NCBI GenBank assembly: GCA_000708835.1
Contig: DF237060.1
Coordinates: forward strand, 1-64,000
Length of the DNA stretch: 64,000 bases
Direction: 5' to 3'
Origin: Klebsormidium nitens
Taxonomy: Eukaryota > Plantae > Klebsormidiophyceae
In this document: positions 46,101 through 57,028 of the stretch, in pieces
Numbering within the stretch: the stretch's first letter is position 1
Layout of the letters: every line of letters begins with the position of its first letter
Position numbers and translations under genes: made by a program
The notes under the pieces: model-generated
Database searches by the model: none
What the model saw: only the letters and a program-made list of their open reading frames with translations
What the model was told of the DNA's origin: nothing

Positions 46101-49100
46101 CCGGTTATAGAAATTTTGAGTTGAGACTCAAGAACAGACAACCATCCAACAACAAGGTAGGGGTCTGGCCGCCGAAGCAAGAGGTGTCTTTCATGGGTCG
46201 TCACGGAATGGTTCTTCAGAAACGGAGGGAAAAGGCCTTTGCCATCGAACCATTTTCACGCTTTTGCTGCTCAAGCGTTAGGGAAGGTTGGTCCCAGAAG
46301 GAATTATTGCCAACCAAAGAAACAGAATGCATGGATGTCACATACAAGCATCAATCACCTCTCGACCTCCACGCTTGCACGTCTTATATGCCCGGAGAGG
46401 CTGCAACGAGAAAAACCTGACGTGCGCAGTGGAAACAGTGTAATGGAGTCACAACTCAAAGAGAGCAAGGGAGGAGAAGAGCCCAGGGCTGACCTTGACG
46501 GCCCCGTATTTCTCGAAGATGTCCCCCAAAGGCGACTTCCAGTGCCACTCGTGGGCGAGCCCGCGCAGAGCAAGGCCCCGCCGCTTCCGGAGCTCGTACA
46601 TCATCAGCGGCCTGGGGGAGATGAAAAGGTCGCAGTTAGTGAAAGGTCATCAAGAATACAAGTAGAAAGGTTCGGTCAGACGCTCAAGCCCGTGTGCCGA
46701 ACCTGCCAACCAGCTGGCGAAACCGACGATGCAGAAAAAGGTACATTGAACCGCTAGGCCTCTTTTAGAACAGACCATGGCTCTGAACCTTCACTCAAAA
46801 GACTTGCGAAGAAGCAGGATGAGATACGTAAGATACGACAGAATGTAGGCTCCCCAGTCGGGCGTTTCCGGTTTAGAGACAACCTGCATTTCGGCTCCGG
46901 TTGTGGCGGAATGAACATGGTTAGTATCTTGGCAACATTGTCACCCCGCCCAGTACCAAAGTATATCTGCAGAAGACTTTCAGAAGAAACACGAAACTCT
47001 CATGAGTTGCGTACAGCATCGACATACTCATGAGTTGCTTACAGCATCGACATACTCTGTTCAACAAATGAAAGAGAGATCGAGTAGCACTCACATGTCA
47101 TAGATCCCGAACAGCGTATGATTGCCCACGAAGAGGAGCGGTGCCGCGTCCACCGGGATGTCGTCCATACCTGCGGCGAAAGAAAGCGAGGGCCAAATAA
47201 AGATTTGAAAAAGGCTTTTATCATCCCCGTTAATATGCGACATAGGACTCCTCATGCGAAAAGCAGGTCACCATTGATAACGGGACTGGCAATCAGGCCA
47301 CGCCTCGGCGCTCATCCTTGGTGCTTCGCTCTGAGAAAGGTGACTTGGAGCAAAGTACAAGCTGAACATGTCGGACACAATCTTCTACTCCGCCTAAGCT
47401 CCTGCCCTTTCCGCTTTAGTTTCACCATTCTATACTCGTATACGCTCCTAAAGGCTCGGTACTTATCAACATGCTCACCAAAGGCAGAACTTGCGCTCAA
47501 GAATCAGACCTCAGGCCTGTCATTCCAGCGCAGTAAGAACCCCTTCTCGCCAACATACCAGTACCGTGAAAGCGGGTTCGAAAAGAACTTGGGCACAACA
47601 ACAAAGTGGGCCAACAAGAAGACCAGCACAGAGAACCTGGTTGTCTATCGGAATGTAGGAAAGAAACACACCGTAGAACTCGGGACGCGTCAGCCAGTTC
47701 CACAGCCGGTACTGCGGCATATCATCCAGCATCGTGCCGAACGCTCGCCCTGCTGCCACCCCCCCAGCCTTCAGATCCGCCGGGGCCTTCTTTGCTACCG
47801 GAGGGGACGCTTCCCCTGCTCCCGCTGCGCTTACCGTACCCCCATTTTCGTTCTCGCCTTCGAAAATTGTAGTCGCTCGCTCCTCTGTCGACGAAGCGAC
47901 TACTGTTCGCGTCTCCTCAGCCGAGCTTTGAGTTGCACTGGCCGCGACCCGATCCGTGCTTCTTCCGTTTCCGCTCTCCAAGCCCTTTCCGAACTCGCTC
48001 AGCGTGCTCCTTCCGTTTTCGCTCAGCGGGCTCCTTCCGTTCCCGCTTCCCGCAGCTTTCCCGTTCTCGCTCTCACGAGCCCTAACATCTCTCTCGACGG
48101 CCCCAAGCCCGCGCAAAAAGCTCGTTCCGTTCTGAGCGCCCCTCACTCCGTTCTGTCCCTCCGCTCCGTTTTCGCTGCTCGTGCCAACCTGACCTAGCGC
48201 CCCGTTTCCTACCCCATCTTCGCTGTCCTTCCACTCCTTCGCGGACTCCGTTCCGTTCTGTTCCGCTCCGGATCCCCTACCAGGCACCCCCTCGACCTGG
48301 AGAGATCCCCCTTCTGACACCGCCCGTCCATTTCCACTAACTTCACCTCCAGAACTCCCGCTCAAACTGCTCGGCCTACTTCCGTTCTCAAGCGTATTAA
48401 CAGCCGCTGGTTGGTCCGACCTAACACCGGCAAAGGGTTTCCCAGCTGCGACGGCCCCATCCAAACTCACTTTCCCCTCAGTTCCGTTTACTGCTGCTCC
48501 TCGGTTCGTCTCTAACCGCGTGCTAAAGCTGCCTACAGTCGCCTCTCTTGCTGACGCCTCCTGCTGAGCTGGGGAGACACTTCGCTCCGCCCGACTCTCT
48601 CCCACGTTCACCCGACCGTGGTCAGCCGAAAGCTCCCCCAGAAAGCTCACGACTCGGGTTCCACTGTCAATCTCTTGCGGCAGCTCCCACGACCTTCCGT
48701 TTGTCTCGGGCAATCCGTTTTCAGCATCTAAGCTCGTTACAGGAGCAGACAACTTCGCTGCCCCTGCCGTCCCATCCAGATTTTGCAAACCGTCGCGTGC
48801 ATTTACAACCCCTGTTTCGCGCCCGCTAAAACTCGCAAAGATATTACTCACAACACCCTCTAACCACTTCAGATCATTCTCGAAAATCGGATTCGACGCC
48901 TCTGGTCTCTTCCGAGCCTTTTGACTCCTCCGCCAACGGTTCACCTCTTCAGTAGGCACCATCCGGTTTAGCTTCGTTCCGTTATCCGTTTTCCGCCCTG
49001 ATTCCGCCAGCGGACTCGACAACCCCGGCGCAACGACCATCGGGCTTTCCTGCAAACGTCCGCTTGTTGAGCTGCTCGAAGAACCGTCGTCCACTCGCCT

Positions 49101-52100
49101 GCTTCCAGAACCAATCAATGGCTTTCCCTCGCTCTCTAAACCGTCCAATGAGCTCCGCCTCCTTTCAGAACCGTTGACCCCCGTCCCGTTGCTTTCTACA
49201 ACCTCCGACGAGTTGCGCGCGCTTTCTGAGCCGTCCGATGACCGCTCCCCGCTCTCCGAGCCGTCCGATTTCCGCTCCTTCAACCCCTCTGACAGTTTTC
49301 GCGTCGTCGTTCGCAGCTGCACTGCCAGATCGTCTCTCAACTTTCTCTCTGGCGGGTTGTCCTTCAGCGCGTCGGCAAAATCCGAGTCCTCGGTTTGACG
49401 CCCCGGGTTCTCTTTCCCACCCTCTTTCTGCCCGTCACTCTCCGGTGAACCCTCATCAGGCCCCGGCTTATTCGGCCCGACGTGCATCTGAACGTTACTC
49501 CCGTCCCGAACCTTTACACCCAACCGGCCATTCTGTTCCGCGGCTACAATCGGATGGACCTCAGTTCCGTTTCCGTCCGCAGCTCGTTCCGGCTCCGTTT
49601 CTACCTTTCCAGCGGAAACGCCAACCTCCGACCCAACACTGACTTCTGTAGACCGCTCAAACCCGTCCGCCGCTGTACCGCTCCATTCCCCCAGCGAGCC
49701 TCCGTTGCGGTCACCCGCGAAACCTGCTTCGCGGAGCAGCGTGGCTAGGCAAATGCCGTCCTCCAGGAGAGCCACGTGTCCCGAGTCCGGCAACACCTTG
49801 ACGTGGCAGTCGGGGATGCGGCTCGCCAGCCAGTCCGCCTCTTCCACCGAGGGCATCAACCGGTCGCGACCACTGCAAAAAAGTACCCACTGGGAATCGG
49901 ACAGTGCGAAAAGCTGAAATACAAATGGAATGCACAATGTGCAGGCAAAAGGTACAGCAAGCAATTGTTCCAGAGCATGGAAACGAAAAGTCATCTGGTC
50001 CAGGACAGAGGTGTCAAAGGGGCAGATGGACAGTCACCCAAAACAGTTCAAGGGTAGTATAGCCTCGGCATTTCGAGAGAACGGATGAAAGTACAGAGAT
50101 AAGATGACTACTTGGGTGCAGAAACGCTTTCCGCACGAACCAGATGGAAGATTCGAGATGTATCGCAACGAAACAACCTTGAACATCCCGTATTTCTTTT
50201 GAAGCCAATTGCAGATAAACGGTGGACGATCTTTGGCACCCAAAGGCTTAGTACTGAACAAACGTCTGACAGTGCTCTGAATGTTCTTCTGCAAGTCCAT
50301 GCTTTAAAATGTAAGCTCTGCAAACCATGGCAAAACGATCCGGTAGATGCACCTCAAGCATTCAGACTTCCATCTGTAGTTGAATGATTGCCAAAATCTA
50401 TCTCCACTTGTCAATGGCCTTCAAACCGCACCTTGCGATCAGAAGCGTTGATGCTTGGATCTGGTTCAGGTCGGCCTCAGAAGGATCAAACCCGAGCATC
50501 ATTTGCGTTCGTCGGGTTACCGCGTCCGGCGTCAACACCCGAGTGCTGCAGAGAACGACGGCTTGGTCAGAGTCGCTCCATAGAGACACGAACTTTTGAG
50601 GGGATTCGACACATGGGTAAACGGATCATTATGAGACGCACAAGACACAAAAACCTTTGCGAGGAGGTCGTTCGAGACCACTTTGAAATGGGAGGTCTAT
50701 TCTGGCGGCCACTGAAGGCAGCCGTAAGCTGATTTGGGTGCGCTTATTTAATGACGACCCAGGCTGCAACGTTCATTACTGACGTCAAATGTTATCATTC
50801 AAGAACACTGTCTGCTCAGATTCCCTCCATCAAGAATCACATATGGACCTGAGAAAGCAATCAAGCCTACGGAAGGAACCCTTGCACTTAGGTGGTGTGC
50901 ATACAAAAGCCACAATTCTCAAGATATGAAGATTGACAGACAGATACAAAGGAACATCCCAAAGCAATTGCCAGTCCCAATTGCAGAAGCAGATGTTTGT
51001 ACTTGGGTCAAGTGAGCCAAATCCGTTTAACTAGTCGATAGCGACCTGAGGGGTTCAAATGGACGAGACAGAACCCAAAGTCGATTCATGTAACTCAAAG
51101 CTAGACTGGACGTAAAAGCAACACAGGGGAATCTTCATTTCGAAACCAACAGCAAGTCGCCTCTGCATCCAGAATGACATCAGAATTCTAAACCAACTGT
51201 TCTCCTTATCTGGTCCTCCAACTCAATACCAGGACACGCGATCCGTGCCATCCAGAACCCAATTTTCATAACCCAAACCTGAATCTTGAATCACTAAACG
51301 GTACTAGGACCAATCAAGTTTAATTCAAAAGACTAGAAAGCTACCTGAAGGGCGGCAGCAGCAGGAACCGGCTCTCCTCCGACATGCGCCGCCAGTCCGC
51401 CAGCAGCGGCGCGATTGCGTACGACCCCAGATCGTGCAGCCCCGCAGGCACCGACCCGAGAAACATCGAGCTCCACTTCAGCAGCGGCTGGCGCCGAAAT
51501 GCCGTGATGCTGTTCAGAACAACCAGCGAGTGGACTTCGGTGGGGTAGGCGGAAGCGAGGCAGAGCGCGATGCCGGTGCCAAAGGATTCCGCATAGACCG
51601 TGACGGGAAAGGGGGGTTTCAGGGAGGGGTTTGAATCAGAATTTAAGGAGGAGTCTGGTGAGGGGTCTGAGGGAACGGTTTGCGGAGGTTTTAGGGATGG
51701 GTCCCAAGTCGGTTCAGGGGGGAGTGTGATCCCATTGATTGAGACTTTCTGAGCATAAATGCTGCCGTTGCTTGACGCAACTGAACCCGTCCCTGTTTCA
51801 GATGAGCCGACTTCTCCAAGATTTCCTTCTCTGCCACTCGCTGGAGACATCTCCGCTGCAGACGCACTCGTCTTGCTGACATCGCCCCCAGCACCGTCTT
51901 CCTCCGCAAGCCTCTGCCGCGCCACCCTTTCATGTCTAATCAGCCCCGCCGCAGCATCCGCCAGCTCGTCGATCGACGAGGTATCCCCCGTAGGAATCAC
52001 GAAGCACCGTACATCGAACTCTTCTAGCAGCGGCCCTAACTGCTGCTTGCAGAAAAGCCCCGTGCCGTCCAACCCGGGCAGGTAAACAAACAGCGGGAGG

Positions 52101-52747
52101 TGCCGCCTCTTCCCCTGCGGGGCTAGAAAGTGGACAGTGTCCTTTGCAATCGCCTCCAAGATGAAGGCCTCGTGGTCCCCCCCCAGAACATCGCGCTCGC
52201 TGATCAGCGCCTCCATCTGAGAAAAGGTGTCGGCATGCAACTCTCCAAGGGGGGTTTGGGAGCTATCATCGCTCAAGGGGGGTTGCGGATTAATCAATGG
52301 AGTGGTGCTGGCATCAAAGAGTGGCGCTGCGGGGAAGCTCTCCTTCCATGGATCATCCAAAGCAGTCCATGTCTGTCCGTTTTTGGACGCCTGTTTCTCT
52401 GGCGCCTCCACATTGCTCCAGGCTTTGGTCGTGTCTTCGGCAAGCGAACCACGGCATGCTAGACTACTCTTAACCAGTCTCGGTGGCTGGCACCGTCCTA
52501 AGGGAACAATTGAGCGCCCAAGAAACGTGGAACTACCAGGAATGCATCCCAACTGGAGCTTTGCTGCACAGCTTGGCGGCACCAGTGATTGCCGCCAGAA
52601 AGGAAAGGGGCGTTCAGAAAAAAGGCAGTTGCTGCCGGAAGTTCCCGTCTGAGTGGTGCATCCCCCATCAAGGGAGCGCATGCGGGCCTGCATGGCCGCT
52701 GGGCGCAAGCCCTGCAGTGCGCCGCTCGCCATGCGCTGATCGTCCAC
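43198..52747 (-). CDS. Phytyl ester synthase-like (PES1/PES2 family) alpha/beta-hydrolase plus acyltransferase, probably plastid-targeted; last exon uncertain
   Basis: PLFVYLPGLDGTG, VYAESFG, SGRDRLMPS, LPDSGHVALLE, LLFVGNHTLFGIYD, LRGLAH, VLLYPGGGRE, YKLLW, IVPFATVGVED, RLYFNFGEPI and KRSKDPLRELLPR, joined by in-phase GT-AG introns. Confidence 0.88.
44880..45935 (-). repeat. Degenerate intronic copies of both edges of the PES exon at about 45312-45090
   Basis: Tail copy at about 44884-44940 (cactcactcgggccccatc...gcgtcctccaccccgaccgtcgcaaa). Head copies at about 45455, 45580, 45706 and 45885 (gcaggttgaaa...ccggggg...gcctg). Confidence 0.7.
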
Positions 52748-53431
52748 AGTTTTAATTAGCTAAACGTTACGACATACTGGTCTTGCCACTGCACAGCCCA
52801 CTCTGTACTTGCTTTCTACACCATTCTCCCAGCCTTTTACCTTCCAAATACCGTAGTCAGTGGGAACCTTGCTTCCCCCTTGCTTTTCAACCGAAGAGCA
52901 GCTACCAAACGACTTTCTCAGCCCGCAAGGAGGGAAGCACGGCCTTTCCCTAGCTGCCAATGCGGCAATGTGGGGTTTTGACGTGGAGAAGCTCGTGTGC
53001 AGCTTGCATGGCTACCGTGTTGAGCAGCGGGCTTCAAATCCAACACCGAGTGTCCAGCTGTCACAGTCTATGCAAGACCATTACCACTCAAGGCCGCGGC
53101 GCGTCCGCTCGCGCGGATCAAAACCATTACCATGCGGTGTGGCTAAGTTGCATGCACCCTTCTCCACTGCCACTGGTTCAACTTCTCGTCTTGTCTTCCT
53201 CAGCAGAGTCCTACTGTTTTTGGCGCCAGGGGAAGGCAGCAGGTTTAAGTAACTCGTATTGAGCACCTGCCAGATATCAGTCTCAGCATGATCCCTCCTT
53301 GATCCTGTTGAGTTGCTGGACCGGTTGTTCATTGCCTTGATCTATTGGACCGGCTGTCAGCAGTTCTTCTTTTATCTTCCAAGTCCTTCCCTGATTCACA
53401 TCTGATTCCCTCTAGCTATACTGCACTGAAA

Positions 53432-56400
53432 ATGGCAGAAAGCTTGACGGAACCGCATGCCACAATTGCCCATGAGCGAGATCGCCAGCGACGAGATCCG
53501 CCGGACTCAGAGCAACCCTCCACTAGTTACAATCCTGAGGCAGACGAGGATCACGATGGGCTGGGTTTTATTGAGTACATGATAGCGGGATCTGTTGCCG
53601 GCATGGTTGAGCATATGGCCATGTTTCCGGTTGACACCATCAAGACGCGGATGCAGGCCTTGGGGCCGATGGGAAGCTCCGGTGTCAGGGCGCCCCCCCA
53701 CTCGACAATCGCCAAGGCGGTTTCTTCCATCATGAGACGGGAAGGCGCGTCGGGGTTGTACCGAGGGATTGGGGCGATGGGTTTGGGGGCGGGGCCTGCG
53801 CACGCTGTATACTTTGCAGTATATGAGGCCGCGAAATCGAAACTGGGGGGGAACCGAAAAGGGCACCACCCGCTGGCGCACGGAATGGCGGGGGCGATCG
53901 CCACGGTGGCGAGCGACGCGGTTTTGACGCCGATGGACGTTGTGAAGCAGCGGTTGCAATTGCGGGACAGCCCGTACCGGGGGGTGGCCGATTGCGTGCG
54001 GCGGATTTTGAAAGAGGAGGGCGTGCGGGCGTTCTATCGGAGCTACCCGACGACGCTCGTCATGAATGTGCCTTTCACGGCCGGTAAGATATTGGTCGGT
54101 GCATTTCCTTACTAAGGTTCGCAGAGACAATGCTGTGGAGAGCACCAGTACTGAGAATGTACTGGCGCCGAGCTCAGTGTGGTGGTCTGGCATCAGTCAG
54201 CTCTTATACTAGAAGAAGATCAAGTCGCTCGATATGATTTCATGATGACTTGATTGTATGATGTCTTAACAACTCATGCGCAACCTTTCTGCAACTGATG
54301 AAAGTGAAGATTGCGTCCTTCCAACGGAATAGATACAGCTGAATGCTGCTGCTGCTCTTGTCAAAGAAAGATCAAGTATATTCATTTTGCACCAAGTTGC
54401 TGTGTTGTTCAGTCCTCTATTGCGGCAAGAAGCTCGCTCCGTCAGATCGTATGTGGCTTCCTGATGTGCAGTCCGATGTTGATTATTTTGGAGAAGATAC
54501 CACGCACACCAAGAAATGGTACTCAGGCCTTCAACTTCAAACATGAAAGTGATTTTGGAATCCAGTTGTACCACCATCTGAAGCAGTTAGTCGAGTTGCT
54601 TGAATATTTTTTATCGGCAAAAGAGCTATGTCGTCAGTTCTTTGAGTTCGAGCCCCCCCCTGCGAATTTCACGTGGTGTTATCTCTGCGGACTTTTGAGA
54701 CCACCTTTTTGAGTCTTCCTAATTCTGGTCGGCAGTTAAAGCGTCCATGGCCTAAATAACCACTATTTTGATCAAAGCTCATATTGTCAAGCTCCGAACC
54801 GTTTGCTTCTTGAATGCAAACGCCATTTGACCGCAGGTATCTCATCGGAGCCCCTCACCTTCTGCAGATCTTTCGCCGTTACGAACGCATTGGATCCTTA
54901 GGTTTCAGTTCCTCTCAGGTTCTTGACTTCAAGCGTTTCATAAGTCTTTCCCTCAGTAGTTTGTGGTGCAACTTTTTTATGACGGATCTAGACTATCGCT
55001 TCCCTCCTCGGAGTACTTCTTCTTCTTCACTCCTCTTCCACTCATTTCGAAACGAAAGTCTACCAGCCAGGATATTTCTCTTCAATTTCGGACAAGGAGT
55101 TGGTTCACGGGACTGTTTCTGCATAAACAATTGGTGCGATAAATAATAATCAGACGCCGCAGAAACGCCGCAGATTTCATCCAAATCCGGCATTAAATTT
55201 GGAGGACGAAGTTGGCTGTTGTGATTTGAAGCGCTCTCAGACTACGGCGTTCCTAAGCGAACCCTCCTGTGCAGTTCACTTCGCCACGTACGAGGCTGTC
55301 AAGCGAATGTTGGGCCAGTCGGCGGGGGAGGACCGGTTGCTGACGCACGTGATTGCGGGGGGTGCGGCGGGCGCGCTAGCGAGCGGGGTGACCACGCCCC
55401 TTGACGTCGTCAAAACTAGGTTGCAGACCCAGGTGAGAAGTGGTCCGGTGGAAGGCGCCACCTCTGGTTCTTGTGTTATCTAGCTCCCGCAGTGAAAGTC
55501 ACAATAGGTTACGTTCCAACGACAGCAACGGGTCGCAGTACCGACTGGAAGCGCTCCGGTCATTTCTTCAACCATTTGGTGTGGACGTGAGTCGCAAGCG
55601 AAGCGTTTGGCATGGGGTCGAGCCAGTCATTACGCACTTCCCTTTGACACGTTCAACTCTTGACCTGGTCTTTTGGCCCAAACAAAGCTGTCTTTATCCT
55701 GGAATCTACGGAGTCTTTCCCTTTCGGCCGTAAGCACAGGGCACGTCGGCCATTGATGTTTACCACGTTACTCCCAGCAAGCTGGAAGCCCCGGCTTCTG
55801 AACCGGTAGTCTCTCCGTGTTCTAAATCAAGACAAGATCTGTAGGCCAGTTGTGACCAGATTAAAACGCCCTTCCAGCGGTTACCCTGGTCTGAAGCTTA
55901 AATACTACCTACAGGCCCAATGTCAGATTGGTTTGGGTGCGCTTTGTTTGGATTGCGCCTAACTTCGGTGTTCTTTCAGATTCGCTCTCGTTTGTCGAGC
56001 GGGTCCAGGATGCTTTACGTCGGGCCACCCTATGATCTCTTTCTAACATGTAGGCTTTCTCTCTCCTTCGAACAGCTTGCACGGTTTGTCCTGAGACAAT
56101 TCTGGGCCTCCACCGTCTGATGGAGGAGGACCTCATTCTGCAACTTTTCGACCAGGCAGCAACTGCACTCGGTTAACCCTCACCCGCCGCTCAGCAAAAC
56201 ACTGATGGACATTCGTTAACCAACCATCAGATACATACGAAGGATCGACATCCCTACTTCGGCAGGGCGTGACGTGCTGAAAGACGGGAGCATCATTGCC
56301 GTGAAGCAGATGCTCTGAAAGAGGTTCGCATACACTGTTCTCATCACCATCGATGACGTCCGAGAAAGTGTTAAGATTAGCAAAAATAACCCTCTTCTGA

Positions 56401-57028
56401 TCTGCGCAGGGCGTGACTTGTCGGCAGTACAGATTAGCAACCTGTATAAGACGATGAGGCTGATCGTGCGCGAAGTCTTTGTCTACTAGCGAACAACCAG
56501 CAAACAGGTGCTAAATCAGTCCAGCACAAGGGTAGAAGTCAGAAGTTTTGTTGCTTTACGCAGGGCGTGACGTGTCCAAACAGTACAAGAGCAGCAACGT
56601 GTTCAAGACGATGAAGCTGACGATGAAGCTGACGATGAAGCTGACAGCGCACGAATCTACTGCCCAAAATGGTGAAGGATTGAAACGCTTCTTTCTTGTC
56701 CAGGGAGTGACGTGTCTGCAATACAAGAGCAGCAACATATTCAAGACGACGAAGCTGAATGTGCGGCCGAAAGCTAGCAGGCAAGTAACGAATTTCCTTC
56801 TCTGTGCAGGGTGTGACGTGTCGGCAGTACAAGAGCAGCAACGTGTTCAAGACGATGAAGCTGATTGTGCGCGAGGAGGGCCCGCGCGCGCTGTGGCGCG
56901 GGTGGCGGCCGCGCATCATGTTCCACACGCCGGCAGCCGCCATCTGCTGGAGCACGTACGAGGCCATGAAGGGCGTCCTCACAAAGATCGATGCGAAAAT
57001 CGATCACGTGGGCGACGGGGTTCGATAG
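53432..57028 (+). CDS. Mitochondrial carrier, mitoferrin/MRS3-4-like iron transporter; exons 53432-54083, 55275-55432, 56810-57028
   Basis: Three carrier signatures (FPVDTIKTRMQ, TPMDVVKQRLQ, TPLDVVKTRLQ) plus AGSVAGMVEH, GAGPAHAVYF, MNVPFTAVHF and PAAAICWSTYE. Confidence 0.92.
56260..56775 (+). repeat. Four degenerate intronic copies of the acceptor and head of the last mitoferrin exon
   Basis: cagggcgtgacgtgt...agtacaagagcagcaac...ttcaagacga(t/c)gaagctg at about 56263, 56406, 56560 and 56701, ahead of the true exon at 56810. Confidence 0.85.

Noticed and set aside
47010-47060. Possible micro-exon at tacagcatcgacatactc (twice) in the PES gene
   Set aside because: The flanking exons join in frame without it (GIYD-M-PLMM), and it is too close to the donor; it is a 29-bp tandem duplication.
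56260-56870. CRISPR-like repeat-spacer array (also the arrays at 14350-14870, 21600-22415 and 24450-24875)
   Set aside because: Eukaryotic context and no cas genes. The repeats are degenerate copies of adjacent exon edges and are not palindromic.
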